From Lobosporangium transversale (Eukaryota), in contig NW_019028994.1 of assembly GCF_002105155.1 (NCBI RefSeq), forward strand, positions 310,001 to 374,000: a DNA stretch of 64,000 bases, given 5' to 3'. The notes beneath the pieces are model-generated. The model was not told where the DNA came from, ran no database searches, and saw only the letters and a list, made by a program, of their open reading frames with translations. The position numbers and the translations under genes are program-made. Below, one piece after another: positions 1 to 14,314 of this stretch (positions are counted from its first letter, which is position 1; the number at the start of each line of letters is the position of its first letter).

Positions 1-1031
1 TGCCTCTGCCTCAGTAGGAGACGACAACATTGTATCTTGTTTTGGTATCAGCATCGCTGCTCTACAGCCGCCTCCACAGACGATGACTGTGCTCGATACA
101 GCCGAGTGTGTCTATTTCTCTGTAACCGCTGCAGCCTATAGACCCGCCAGCCTGGTCTGGAGGGATACATCTGATACTATCAGCGGTGGTCGAATCGGGC
201 ACACTCTCGTCCCAGATGTTGCTCATCCCGGTATTCTGTACATGTTTGGAGGATCCAACACAGGAAGGACTCAATATTTCTCTGATGTCTATCGATTGGA
301 TGCATCCAAACTACCAAACATTGCCATCTCCAAAGTTTTGCAACCCATCACAGAGGGATCTCTGCCACCTTCAAATGGCGATGGTGACAACACTACCAAC
401 CCTACCATCCCCAACAGCGGCATCCGGAGTGTTGTTCCTGAAGCGCGTTCACAACATGCTGCTGTCGCTGTAGGATCCGAGATCGGATTTATGGTCATTC
501 ACGGAGGCGTGACGACCAATAACGCGATGGCTAGTGGCGACCACCCATATTTCTTCAACATGGATACACAGAGGTGGGTCGATCCTGATACGTTCAATCA
601 TCAGTATTTGCAACAGAAGTCCCATTCGGTCGACAACGTTAGTGTGGCAGTGATCCTTGTGGGGATCTTGGCATTCGTTTGTCTCCTCGGTGGTCTTGTT
701 GTGCTGTATATCTGGAAGGGTAACCGGGATGATGAGCGCGAGCGAAAGGAAAGAGAGGAAGCCGATGCAGCAGCGCTCGCAGCAGCAGAGGCCGAAGGGA
801 TGGATTCACCCGCCTTTTCGATTTTGGAGGATTATTACTTGCCAGAGAGGAATGGCAGCGGAGCCTCAGAAAGGAAGGGACACCCAGTCTATCCAATGAG
901 GGCAGCAAGTCGACATGAACAGCATTCCATGGTTAATGGCCCCTTCAAAAGCACGACTCCTTTGCTTCAGGACGATGACGATGATAGCATCAAGAAGGCA
1001 AAGAAGAAGAATAATAGCAACAACAAGAGTC

Positions 1032-1068
<37 letters not shown>

Positions 1069-3063
1069 GCAGACAGAGACGTATCAATCCAACCAATCAA
1101 AACCATGGGCAAGCAATCGTGAGCCTCAATCACCTGGAGGAACAACACTGACGGAGAATGAAAGTATAAACGGCTACATTTCGTCCTCATCATCCTCAAC
1201 GCCTTCAAGACAGGGACGGGACAGAGCCAACACACCCAATACGAATGATACGACAACAACAGCAACAGTAGCAGAAGCAGCTGGAGTTATAACAACAACG
1301 ACAACAGTGTCAAATGGAAATACATTAAATCCAGGAGGAGGAGGTATTTCAGGTGGACCATTGGCTCGTGGTTCGTACTACAATACGAGGGATTTATATG
1401 TGGATGGGGATGATGATGATGAGTCGACGATAATGTCTTCGATGGCGTCTGAACCGACGATGTCTCCATGGGCTGGACCCGGAAGAGGCGTGCCCCTGGA
1501 TCTGGTACCACCGAACCCACAATTCAGTCGAGGAGCGATCCCACAGGCACATCGACAGTTGGTAGGAAGTATTTCGTCCCCTTCCCCCTATTATCCACAC
1601 CATCAGAGGAACGACAGCAATGGCACATGGGATCCTAGTTCTCCAGGGGGTTCACTCTCCAGTCGAGATGATTTAGAACATCACCGACGATCTGTCAATT
1701 CCATGCAGTAAGTGACTTTTCTTTCTTTCTTTCTTTCTTTCTTTCTTTTGTTTATTTATTTATTTATTTTTTGTTGTTGTTGTTGTTGCAAGAATGAGAA
1801 TGAAAGCGATATTGATTTTTTTTTTTCCTGCACTTTCTGTATGAATAATGAATAGATGGGTATCGTTTGATCCATTAGAGTTCGCTGGTAGACCGGAATC
1901 AATGTAAGTTTTTTCTTTTTTTCTTTTTTGATCATAAAAAGGGAAAATGAATCATGCAAAATCAGACTAATAATCTAATTTTATTTTTATTTTTATTTTT
2001 ACTTTTTAGAATCCATGACCCTCTTGCGCAACGTTCACTCACTGTGCGAAATGCATCGATGTATGGTGGCAACTACGACCGTAATAGCATGCTCATGCAA
2101 TACACAGTGACCAATGGTAGCAATCCCCGAATGTCGATGTATGGCGGTAGCAGCGTCTCGGACAGCAATACTGAGGATTCGGGATCGTGGTATTCAGGCC
2201 CATCTGCCGGTAATGGCGCTGGAGGAAGACGTGTTTCAGCAGCCTTGGCGGCTCGACAGCAGAGACGATCTATGCGATACAGTCAAGACAGTCAGGCATC
2301 TTTGTCATCTTCGGGTAGAGGATTAACAGAAGGGATAACAGCAACAGCAACAACAGCTTCAGGAGATGATCCTCTCATGACAAGAGCTTTGCCAATGATT
2401 ACGACACCTCCAAAGATCACTCGACCTACTTCAATTAAAATGATGCCTCCACGATTGGGTAACGGAGCCAATGGAGCACTTTGGGAGGAAGATGAGGAGG
2501 GTAATGGAGAAGGAGGAGGAGGCCTTGGACTTGATTTCTCATCTTTTAGTGTTTCGAATGAGATCAATCTGAGTCGACTGTCGACCAATAATCCTAGCCG
2601 GACAAGCTTTAGTAATCCAGCAGCAGCGTATCAACCTAGACGGGGATCTAAACTATCATCGAGTCTGACAGTGAATGAAGTGACGAATGAGGAGACAAAT
2701 CCGACAAGTACAGCGCTCTCGACCTCCACATTATCCTTATCGTCCTCACCCTCCAGAGCCAGTACATCGATGACCAGTGTGATTTTGAGGATGCCACCGC
2801 CTCCTAAACATATTCATGGTCAAACCGGTAGCGATGCTGACATTGACAACATTAACATTGGCATTGACTTTGACTTTGATAATATTGACACTACTACCAA
2901 CAACAACAACAACAACAGCAGCAATTATGGTGATAGAAATGCCAATGATAACGGTAATGGTATTAACATGAGACCACCCAAGCCAGTATCATCAGCATTA
3001 AGGACTAGCATTTTAGAGCTAGGTAAAGAGATGCCAGGGTTTTTGAATTATGGCAATAATTAA
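1..3063 (+). CDS. Kelch-repeat single-pass membrane protein with long disordered cytoplasmic tail (5' end outside window; introns 1708-1855 and 1904-2009)
   Basis: Kelch-like motifs GRIGHTLV..LYMFGG..SDVYRLD and ARSQHAAV..MVIHGG, and a TM helix VAVILVGILAFVCLLGGLVVLYIW. GT-AG introns join ORF 83-1711 via a 48-nt exon (QWVSFDPLEFAGRPES) in frame to ORF 1954-3063. Confidence 0.8.
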
Positions 3064-3775
3064 AGAAGAAGAAGAAGAAGAAGAAGAAGAAAACTTGTAA
3101 CAACACTATTTTATTTATTACTATCATTCCCCACACGCATTTTTAATTAATACTAAAATAATAAAAAAATAAAATAAAATGATAGGCATCATGATAAATA
3201 TACAGAGTTATAAACAACCTAGCAATCATATAGAAAACACACCCAATTTCAATATTGTGGCTATTAGCTGCTAAACACGCCCTGTGTAACTTTGCGACAC
3301 CAGAGGGTGACATTGGCGGCATCAACGCAGTATCGATGCAGTAGTATCGGTGGTTACGATCAGCGCAAGTCTTCGAAGGGTACATAGCATAAACAGGGCA
3401 GTGTTTATTAACTATCACTTGGACCGTAGAACGGGCAAATTTGCCCATTTAGCTTTCATCAACTCATGGGCAGGCCAGATCCAGTTCCTACAAGAAGAAA
3501 ACAGCCGGCTATTGGGCTCTTGCCACCCATATGAGGTCACAGTTATGGTGCGTAGGAGCAACGCTGGTGTCCCGGTCTCTCGGTTTGCATGCCAAGGATG
3601 CAAACAAAAAAGATCAATCAACAAAATCAATCAACCAGCTGTAGCCAAGCAAAAATCAATCAGATAATCCATTTATCAAGCCATGTCATCACGATGCCAC
3701 CACAGTTATCTTTAAATAGCCTCCACCCCTCTGCTCATTTCGCAGCTTTCGCCTACACTAAAGATAAAGAAGTAC

Positions 3776-3864
3776 CTACCTCTATTATTCCCCTCCTTCT
3801 TGATTTCTTTTTCGCTAGAGGTATGTCGCCGAATCAGCCTCCATATTGGTCTAAAAAATGTTTG

Positions 3865-3899
<35 letters not shown>

Positions 3900-4059
3900 G
3901 ATTGATTGCAGGCTCGCATTACTAGGATATGGTGCTGTTGACGTTCACAAATAGCTTGCCAGCGCACGTTACCACCATACCAACCGCACCAGCTCCTTGG
4001 GATATGGTGTCGAAAATACTGGTGGGAAGTGCCTTGCGCATATGGTGTCTCAAATGCGA
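3776..4059. repeat. Dispersed repeat copy A (inverted homolog of 37488-37729), interrupted by an A34-containing insertion
   Basis: By-eye alignment to the reverse complement of 37488-37729 gives about 94/134 identical, ungapped, over ~3926-4059. Similarity resumes beyond the A run at 3865-3898. Confidence 0.8.
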
Positions 4060-4912
4060 CCCAAGAAGTTTAAACCTATCACGGCGGCAGCGAGGACTGT
4101 GAGGGGTTCCCGCGTTAGCCCCGCTCGAGAAAACAATATTGGGAAGAGCAACTCTCCCTTCACACCCTCACAAATTTGCAAGTGAAAGGATCATAGTTTT
4201 CATATGCTCGAGCAATACCATTCTTCAGCCCATCAAGGGACATGCCACAATATGGAATTGGGCGTGTTCTCTATGTGACTGCTGGGTATGCTTAAAACTA
4301 ACAGTCTTGCACACACCACACACCTAAATCACTTTTTTTCCCACGATCACATTGGCCATAATCATCACACCATTGACTTTATTATTATCATCACTACCAA
4401 CATCCTTTGCCTCTTTCATTGATCATTTGATTTGTGTGAGGACACTGAATTACACTCTCGATTGCCTGTAATCACTACAAATCTCATCACATAAATCATT
4501 TGAATCTCTTTCTCTTCTCTCGCTCTCTGTTTCTTTTGCTCTTTGTTTCTCTCGCACTCTTTCTCTCGCTCTCTCTTTCTCTACTATCTCTTTCTCTCGT
4601 ACTACTCTATCAAAGGTAATAGAGAGCATTGTGTCTATGATTATCAATAGGGGTTTCGGGATCGTTGCCCTTCATTAAAGATTGTCAGTAAATGTGAGTT
4701 GTCTATTTGTGTAGTTGTTCCTTCATACTGCTTGCCACAAGTAGTATGTCCAAGAATGTGCTATTGTAGTTTACTGGCATGGCCATTTTAGATGTATGTA
4801 GTCAAAGGCGGGGGGCTTGGATGTGCGTAGTCTAATGTCACAAACGAATCAGTGGTTTCAAAGTGGCATTTCCATTATTCATTATCATTAACCATTACAT
4901 TTCACCTTTTAG

Positions 4913-5964
4913 ATCACAAATGCCACCTTTGAATCAGAACTACACTCGTTTGTTCTATATAATACACAACGCTTGGCTGACTATCTCCTGATGAATGATG
5001 GCTCCTTTGAACCTGCAGCAAACAATATCAAGGAGTTTAATAATATCCAGCCAGTTCATCTTGACAATTGGATTGCAGAGAATATACTTCGATATAAGCA
5101 AGGATGGGGCAATATTGAGAGGAAGATCCTAAATTAAAAACCATGGATACCTCACATAAGAAACATGTAGCAGCAAAAATTCACCACGCTATGACCTCTC
5201 TTTGGATGATCTATAGCAATCACAACAACACATTGCCTGGCAATATGAGTGAACACTTGGATAGTAATAGCATTTGGCGTATATTCCTTGATATGATTAG
5301 TTTCAAGAATTAAGAGTTGGTTCTGTCCCTTGGAGAAACAATGTCAAATGTATTGTCTATTAGGAGGAACAACGATGGAGGAATAGGGAACTGGAAGAAA
5401 CGTGGACATAAGAAATGATGAACCCTTCAAATGTTTCAAGGCGAAACTGGGGATTGGCGCTGTTGAAACTGGAAAATAAGATGGAGGTTCAGGAACCAAA
5501 GCCCTAGCAGATGGAAGAAAGCTCTACAAAACATTGAAGGATATGTTTGACCTCATCTGGACAAAATGTGCCAGAAATGGCATTGCAGGCAAACTTGCTG
5601 TCTATGGTTTACTTTTATCTGGTTACTGCATTGGATTTGCATGTTTTGGAAAGTTTGACAAAGGTCCATTCTACAAACTCTCCCAAAATCTTGGAATCAG
5701 GATTCAATTGTCACAATACTCATCATTGTGACTGAGATACTCATACTTGAACAACGTCTCCGACACACAATGCAGTTGATTGATAAATATTCTTATCCTG
5801 ACCCACAAGAACTGTTCTCTCGTTTATCTGGCTTCTCTCTTATTACTTCAGATCAAGCTAAGTTTTCTCCTCTAAAAACTCTTACAACGCCACTGCCATC
5901 AAGATCGTGCTCACCAAATCCATCAAAGCAAACTAAGTTAACCTACGGTCTCTGCAACAGTTAA
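4913..5964 (+). pseudogene. Degraded Crinkler-like / PD-(D/E)xK restriction-endonuclease-fold gene
   Basis: Reading across stops and frameshifts gives LPGNMSEH..IWRIFLD..LGETMSNVLSIRRN..KKRGHK / D..IGAVETGK*DGGSGTKALADGRKLYKTLKDMFDL. I recall this motif order from Mucoromycota REase-like hypothetical proteins. Confidence 0.5.
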
Positions 5965-6486
5965 AAAAAAAAATACAGGCTATAAAATACAACATGATAT
6001 GAATCAAAACTATGAAATTTAGGATGATATTGCTCTTTTGCTCTTGGCAACAAAATGGTTGTCTTCATTAATAAATGATCTATTTACTTTTTTTTATCAA
6101 ACGATTCTTTTGGTTGCAGATCTATGGGGACTCGGTGGGACTGCTCTTGAAATCGGAAATGCGCGTCGCGTTTGGATGTGTGTGTAACAAAAAATTGAAG
6201 AGGTATTAATACATTCACGTCCATGGTTTCTTTTTTTTTTTTTTTTTTTTTTCTTTTTTTCTTGTTGTAAACTTGTCTGCTCGTCTCAGTACTCAGCATT
6301 CATTCAGCAGAAAACTATTCAATTCGACCTTTTCCTCATCAAGATTAAAAAAAAAGCTCATTAGCATCAATCAAATTAAAAAAGGGCTTTTTCCTTATTT
6401 CTTAACTTTTTTTTTTTACAAACATCAAGGACAAGGACGTGGAAAACAAAAAGACGTGGCAATTATCATAACTTTTATAAGGAACG

Positions 6487-7847
6487 ATGCACATCATCAA
6501 ACCCGAATGGGTATGCCATCATGGTACGAGAAAGGGGCTCTAATGGCGTTTGCATCAATTCCATTTCAAAAGCAACAACACCAGCAACAACAACAACAAC
6601 AACTGGTGCCACTAACTCATTCACATTGTCACTGCCAAACACGATCGCATGCATGCACTCACATATATACACCCGTTTTATTTTATTTTTTTTTTTCGAA
6701 ATGAACTGAATTAGATGAAAAGGGAAAGAAGGCGCCCATCTATTCTTTACATGTACATCCAGATGGGACACGGCTGGCCACTGGAGCTCAAGGTAAAGAA
6801 AAATAAAAAAAATAAAAATAAAAATAATAACAATATTAATAAAATTAAAATGAAAAATAAAAATGAAGAGTAAAAAATTATGACTACTTTTTCTTATTAT
6901 TATTATTTTCGCCACTGACACTCTTTTCTCTCCTTTTCCTTTTCCTTTGAACTAATATGGTGAAATGAATAGATGCCAAAGTAAAAATATGGAGTCTGGC
7001 GCCAATTATCGATGCAAATCAGGATCAGGATCCAGAGGCATGGAAACATCTTTGTACAATGTCACTACACAATGGTAAAAAAAAAAAAAAAAAAAAAAAA
7101 ATTGTTTCTTTCAACTGTGGTTAACAATGGGCAGCAGCAGCGTGAATATATTAATAGAAATGGAGGTGCATCTCCATATCATACTATCAAGCTCATGCCT
7201 CTCCTCAAGAATCATGGGGGGCCATCATGGTCAAAACAATAACCGTTCTTTCTTACTCTCCTTTCTTTCTGTTTTATTGCTTTTCAAAGGCGCTGTACTT
7301 TGTGTAAAATGGTCAAACGGAGAAGGTACATATCTTGCAACAGGGTCCGATGATATGATTGTGATGATCTGGCAGTTGGACAGGTATATACATATATAAT
7401 ATATTTTCTTTTTCTTCGATAGTAATGATTGACGCTCTCAAAGTATACTAAAAGAATGGCATTTTGGACTTTTTTTTTTTTTTTTTTTAATTTCATAAAC
7501 TATAGATCTTCAGATGCATGGGGTGGCACATCCTTTGGGAACTCTGATGGACCTAATGTGGAGAATTGGCGTGCAGTAAAACGACTTTCTGGACATGAAT
7601 CAGGTACAGAGGATAATCATTATGGCGTTGTAATGCCTTTTCATCAGCTGAACTCTTGAAGGCGCTAACCCTACAATTATGCCACTTTTTATTTTATTCC
7701 TTCCCGGTATTGTATGATAGATGTCACTGATGTTGCATGGTCACCCGAGAATTCATATTTGGCATCAGCAGGACTGGACTCGAAAATTATCATTTGGGAT
7801 GGAAGGACATTTGGTAAAATGACCTTTTTTTTTTGTTCGACTAAAGG

Positions 7848-7880
<33 letters not shown>

Positions 7881-9920
7881 AACATTTCGGATAATATGGT
7901 TACAGTATACAATCGAATGAAGGCTCATAAAAAGCATTATGTATCCATGTATCGTAGACCGCATCATATTACTAGACCAGCATCAAGGATTTGTAAAAGG
8001 TCTCACTTGGGATCCTGTCGGGAAATACATGGCATCACAGGTATCATTCGTGGACGATTCACTCTTCTGTTCTATTAAAAAAAAGAAAAAGAAAAATTAT
8101 TAGAATGACTGACACATTTTTTTTACTCCTTCATCATAACAAATCGTAGTCTGATGACAAGACAGTCAAAATATGGAGAATAACGGACTGGGAAGTGGAG
8201 GTCGAGATCACAGAGCCATTCTTACAGTCTTCAGGGACAACTTTTTTTAGGCGTCTGAGGTAAATGGTCATGGTGTAAAAGCTTTTGTTTTTTATTTCCC
8301 CTTTTGTTTCCTCTTTCCGCCACAGTTGGCTAATCGCATACAGATCTGCTACTCATATATAGTTGGTCTCCTGATGGCGGCCAAATCGCTACAGCAAATG
8401 CATTCAACGGATCAATACCAGTGGCAGCAGTTATTTCTAGAGACACCTGGAAAGCCGATATTTCGCTCGTTGGTCATAGTGCGCCTATCGAGGTGGTCGC
8501 ATTCAATCCTTTGCTTTTCAAATACACTGACAGCACCGGAAACTCTGGATTCACATCCATTTGTGCAGTAGGGAGTCAAGATCGAGGACTCTCTGTATGG
8601 AGAACTCATGAGCCTAGACCGTTCGTAGGCATTAAAGAGTTATTTGATCACAGCTTTTTGGATTTCAGTTGGGCACCGGATGGACAATCTCTTTTTACGT
8701 GCTCTTATGATGGGACGATCGCAGTCTTACTTTTTCAATCCGAAAACCTAGGGGAGGCTGTACCGGCAGAGGAGCGGCATCGATTACTAGCAAAATATGG
8801 TTATGAGAGACGTGGAGAGATCATGGCAGAGACACCGGTTCAACTGGCAATGGAGGAACAGCTGAAAGAAAGTTCTGCAAAGTCAAGGATGGATGAACTA
8901 ATGCAGCATGAATCCTCCATGGAAGGAGTCACTTCAACGTTTGCTACACCCTCAGATCCGAGTGTCTTTGCGAATGCAGCAGCAGCAGCAGCAATAGCGG
9001 CGACCAATGGAACATCTTCAACACCTTCGTCATCTTCAACTACATCTTCATCATCATCTATGCCTTCACGGCCAATACAAACACATATTGTGGCAAGCGA
9101 ACAAACCGTTACATTGACGAGCGATGGAAAGAAACGGATTAAACCTTTGTTTTTGGGGAATGGCATGGGGACTGTGCCAGTGACCAGACCTCAGCCCCCG
9201 CCAGTCAGCCACGCAGCTGTAAGTCATATTTTTGTGTTACTGCTGTTTAATATAAAAATCATGATTTTTTTTTTTAATTTTTAATTTTTTTTTGTATTCG
9301 TTTTTATTTTTTCTCACGTTATATTTATGTGAATCCTTACACGCTAAATAGGGATCAAACATCAACAGCATGAATCATGTGGAGCGCGGAGAGCCCTCGA
9401 TGGCAATACCTGATGGAGGAATTCCTTCTGTTGTCGTTGGAATGAAGCGTAAGGAGATTAATGGTGGATCCTCTACCGGAGGACCTTCGAAAAAGGGGCC
9501 AGAGACGGTAAAAGGCAAGGGTGGATCAGGCAAGGTGGAGGAAGAAGTTGTCACAAGGATACCGATTGCTTCACCATTGCTTTCGGTTTCAAAGGTACGG
9601 CTAGGGGTCCCTAAAGTCCGATCTCATATCACCAGGAACAGGGCAGGTCTGGAGTGTCACAATAGTCTTTCAGGAGATCATCCATCCAAAGTCATCTACA
9701 GTCAGAAAGGGGCAGTGATATGGGTCGATTACCTGCCATCTTCAGTGTTGCTTATGACTGGAAATTCACGCTTTAGTGCAGTTGCGTGTGAAGACGCTGG
9801 GGTCTATGTGTACTCTCCAGCTGGACGGAGGTAAATGGATAAAAGGTTTTACAAATTTCTAGCATTGCTTATTCCATTTTTCTTTTTCGAGTTTGACTTA
9901 ATTAACATATTGTCTACTAC

Positions 9921-9958
<38 letters not shown>

Positions 9959-10208
9959 GGTTCATCAAATAGGCTAATGCCCTGCCTAATCTTGGAGTCG
10001 GCCGCAACACTGATGGAATGTGATGGCGAATATCTGATGGTCCTTACATCATGTGGACTTGTTCATTCATGGTACATATATGGAGGATTTCCTATATTAT
10101 CATGAATGTCGTCAAACGATATGAACAAATGTTGTCTGTTTTTTTGGTTGCACTGACCGATTTTTTTTATTTCTTTTTTCTTTACTTTATCTGATATGAC
10201 GTTTGTTA

Positions 10209-10243
<35 letters not shown>

Positions 10244-11320
10244 TTATTATTATTATTTTTCGTTAGGAATGTTATTCAACAGAGAGCCGTTCTATCCTCC
10301 ATCTCCATTTCACCGATCCTACAATTGACCGCTCATGCTGCAGATTCTCCATCAAGTTCAGTCTCTATCAGCTCAGCAACAGTGCGTCAGAATGGTTTGC
10401 CTTTGCTTACAACGTCCTCAGGTCAAGGTTATACGTATCATGAGATGATGAGAACTTGGGTGAAGGTTGTTGATCCTTGGTTTGCCATATCATCCTTCTT
10501 TGGAACGGATCCAATGTTGGGTGGTCGTGACTCCTTTGGAGATATCGCAGCGCCTTCTGTCTCTCAAAAGAAAGGCATCCTCTCACAACTCCAGGCTGCA
10601 GCCACGGGTGGACGTCTCGAGAAGGATGTGGCGTTTGCACAGGAGCTCTTGAATGTCGAAGATTCGGTACAAGGCGTCGTCACCTTGACACATCTCGAGG
10701 TACAGAACTACACATATATATGGGGCTATTAATACGACTACGAGGACATTTAATACATTGATCATTGATCATTGATCAGATTGGGTTGGATTGTAACTGA
10801 TTTTTAATTTCATTTTTGGAATCGAACACCTTTAGAATCAAATGGCAGCGGCACAAGTCCTAGGGTCATCTACTGAGTACAAACAATGGTTGCGATGTTA
10901 TGTCCAAAGACTTGCAGATGAGAGCTCGGTAGCACGTGTGGAAGAGCTCTGTAAATTCCTTTTGGGACCCGTGTACCAAGGGTAAGTAAGAGAAGTGAGG
11001 AGTAGCTTGAAGTGGTTCAAAGTAGATTGGATAAGTATTAACGGTAAAATTTACTATTATTATTATTATTATTATTGTTTTTATTTTTATCATTTTTATG
11101 GATGATCATACATATTTTTTTAAGAGGTGACAAGTCAGGATGGCAACCGACTATCCTAGGATTCCAGAAACATGAGTTGCTACGAGAGTTACTTCCTGTG
11201 CTAAGCTCGAATAGGTCTTTGCAACGGATTGTAAAGGAGTATCTGTCGGGGCTAGAGATGGTGGCGAAGGCAAAGCAAAGTGCCACAGCAGCACCAGACA
11301 CGTCCAAAGCCTCAAGCTAG
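6487..11320 (+). CDS. HIR1: HIRA/Hir1 histone chaperone (WD40, B-domain, Hira C-terminal domain), about 14 exons
   Basis: Spliced reading [107 protein letters not shown]. Also B-domain DGKKRIKP and C-terminal TLTHLENQM..EYKQWLRCY..ILGFQKHELLRELL. GT-AG junctions keep frame. Confidence 0.95.
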
Positions 11321-11749
11321 AATTAAAAAAAAAAAAAAAAAAAAAAAAATCAATTCGAGTTAGACAAGACTCTTAATAAACCATTAAGAGAAAATCGTGC
11401 GCTTGGCCTTTTTTTTTCTCTGTCTTCCTTCCTTCCTCCTCCTCTCAAGAAGAGCTATAAGATGGTTCAGCAAGCCTCACACACCTATGCTTTGCTAATG
11501 CTTGTTTATTACTGCCAGTAATAAGAGATTCTCACATAATAAATTGACTTGATTTCGAGCAATCTATTATCCAATTCAATTAGGAAGAATATGATTTGCA
11601 TAAAATTAATCCGTTAGAGAAAGGCGACAATTGACTTTTTTTTTTGGGGGGGGGGGGGGTTGAAAACGGATCATCGCCTTCTGGGTATATCAACAATGTC
11701 ATGTATTTGTTCAAAAGACGCAAGCATTCCTCCGACTCTATCCTCTGTT

Positions 11750-12775
11750 TTTAATGGTATGCCGTTTATTGATTTCCTCAGTTGTGAGGACTACATGTAA
11801 TGACATGTGCAAATCTACATTTGTCACACATGCTGTATTTGAACTGGTAGTCTTTGATCGATCCACTTGGTGCTGTTGCGGCAGTCAATGGTAACTCTTC
11901 TCTCAAAACCACTGTTTGTGGAACTGTCTCTACTTGGTCTTGGTGAGGTACCATAAATAATGTTGCTGTATTCTGTTTAGAAGCCTCATTAATGACCAAT
12001 GGAATAGGTTGCTCGCTTATAGCCCCTCGTTGCTCCAGAAACTTTCTGTTGACATCACTCAATCCAGTTACATCTTGAATACGCATATTGCGAACTTTAA
12101 GAGCTGCATGTATGGTGCTCGACTTCAGCCGATACTGTTATTGGTCGTTCTCCTGCACAATCTGCCACATCCGAATAGAACCATCTGCACATCCTGTGAC
12201 TAGAAAGTAGCCTTCTTCATAGTTACTCCATACAAATGTTTCAACAGCTCCACCTTCAGGTAAGATTTCAACCAAACAATGGCCTGTCTCTGGATCCCAC
12301 ACTCGCACGGTGTTATCATAACTGCTTGAGGCAAGGTATTTTCCATCAGGCGAATAAGATACCTCACTGATAATACCGGTATGCCCTTCAAGCGTACGTA
12401 GGACTGCTCCCAATTCCAAATCAATCACTCTAATTCCCGTCAATGAGGTTCTATAAGCCATTCGTCGATTACATAGTGAAAATTCTGCTTTTCCTACACT
12501 GTATCCATCCTGCGCTATGTAACAGCGTTCACCTGTTTCTGCATTCAGTACTTGGAGGCAATTGGAGTGTTGGTGGTAGATCACAATCTTTCGACTATCA
12601 GGCGTGTATTCGATAATATTGATGTATTCGTTAGACTTTACTGAATATTGAAGGCTCCATGAACGAACTGTCCAGACTCTAAGAATATCATATAAGCCAC
12701 ACGAAGCGAGCTGGCGACCATCGGGTGAGAATGCCACATATATATAAGACTCGTTGCTGCTCTGTAGAGTGTATC
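11750..12775 (-). pseudogene. NLR relic 1: only the last WD40 repeats and C-terminal tail of the NACHT-WD40 paralog remain
   Basis: Colinear with the C-terminus of 26682-32811 (EEGYFLVTG, LEQRGAISEQ, SIKDYQF.YS.CDKC). In-frame TAA at 12138-12140; no NACHT or N-terminal part upstream. Confidence 0.9.
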
Positions 12776-14047
12776 GGCTGTATCATTTTGCTCATGTAAA
12801 AGTTGTAAATTCTTTTTTTCTTTTTATCCATTGTTCTCTCAATGACATGCTGCTTAATGATTTCTTTAGTCGTGAGATCTGCGTGAAAATGACATGGGCT
12901 AATCTTTGTTATTCGAGGAGGGTATATGCAGCATGTGTTTGCCTGCAACTTTAAAGCCAAGCGCGTCCAGTGAACCAATGATAAGCCGCTATTCTCGTAG
13001 TAAGCTCAATCTGCCTCGGTTCAATCTCGGGTTCTTGGATTTAAAATTCTCAAGCTTTATTTCACGTCTTTTACATCAATAGCCATCAGAACAACCGGTT
13101 CTTCCTCTTCCCCTTCCTCTTAATCTTCCTCTTAATCTTCATCATAATCTTCTTCCTCATCCTCATCGTATAAATAGTATCGAAATGAGTAACACACCAC
13201 TTCATAGTTCTAGCCGTATCTCATCTGGACCATTCACGCGTGATCCACTCGACATTGTGCCAAAGCTCAAACAATCTGTGATCAGTGGTCAATTGAAAAA
13301 GTAACCTCTTCAAGTGGCATTATCATTATCACAAGCACAAAAGCGCTTCATCAAAAAACCAGATCAACGGGCCTCATTTAATCATATCCATTTAGCAAAG
13401 AGACCAGGACTGCAAACGTGTACAACTATTACGTCCCCACCCCACTGCGCCCCCATGGCGCTACAGACTAATATAAATAGTCATGATCAGCGTAACAACT
13501 TACGGTAGACTCCATGAAATAAATATCGTCCATACCTAGACTTACTCTGCTTGTTACTATTTACAAGAGCAAAAAAGCTCTTAATGAGTGAATAGATGCA
13601 GTAAAGCTATGACGAGCAGAAGTAGGGCCACCAGAGTCCCTCAAAGGTCGTTTCTGGTGATAAAATAGACATGTTGCTTAATGGTCCCGTTTAATGTCAG
13701 CTTTCAGTGCTCCTGGATGAGATTTCATCCTTGGATCAGGATTGGGTTCTCGCTTTCTTCTTTATCCTCCCTTGAATAGAGCGAACAATTTTTTGCCCCT
13801 TCTTCGGTGGATTAAAGATTGAATTGAATGTAGCACAGATGTCAGAATCTTATATCTTTTCACCTTGAGGACGTAATGATAACGATGTGAAGCCTTTGGG
13901 TTTTGTCGTATACTAAGCAAGAGCTTACCCAAAATATGAAACGATAAAACCAAAACCACGGCATTGCTATGCATTTCCTACTCATTGGTTTATGAAACGT
14001 CATTCTTCTTGTCCTCCCTTTGCTCTTTACGCGCTTTTAACAGTAAG

Positions 14048-14078
<31 letters not shown>

Positions 14079-14314
14079 TCGACCTCAAGGTTCTTATTTT
14101 CTAGTATCTCGGACTGGTCACACATGATTTTTATTATTATTTGTTCATGTCCCAAGGACATATCCTGTTTTCCATTGAAGACAGGAAAAAGTATTGCAAT
14201 ACCATCGACTTGTTGGCAAAGTCATTTACTTCCTTTACCTTTCCCTTCGGCAGTTATATATTATTATTCGACCGATCTATTTTTTTTGGCCCTCTAAGCT
14301 TCTGCAGTATCATC

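Noticed and set aside
3433..3446. Perfect 14-bp palindrome GGGCAAATTTGCCC
   Set aside because: A few palindromes of this size are expected by chance in 64 kb; no supporting context.
6155..6175. CGCG-rich MCB/E2F-like site upstream of HIR1
   Set aside because: Short motif that also occurs at several unrelated positions; cannot be supported without conservation data.
13000..13980. Minus-strand acidic tract and coding-like fragments
   Set aside because: Multiple stops and no recognisable family; possibly a decayed gene but not supportable.
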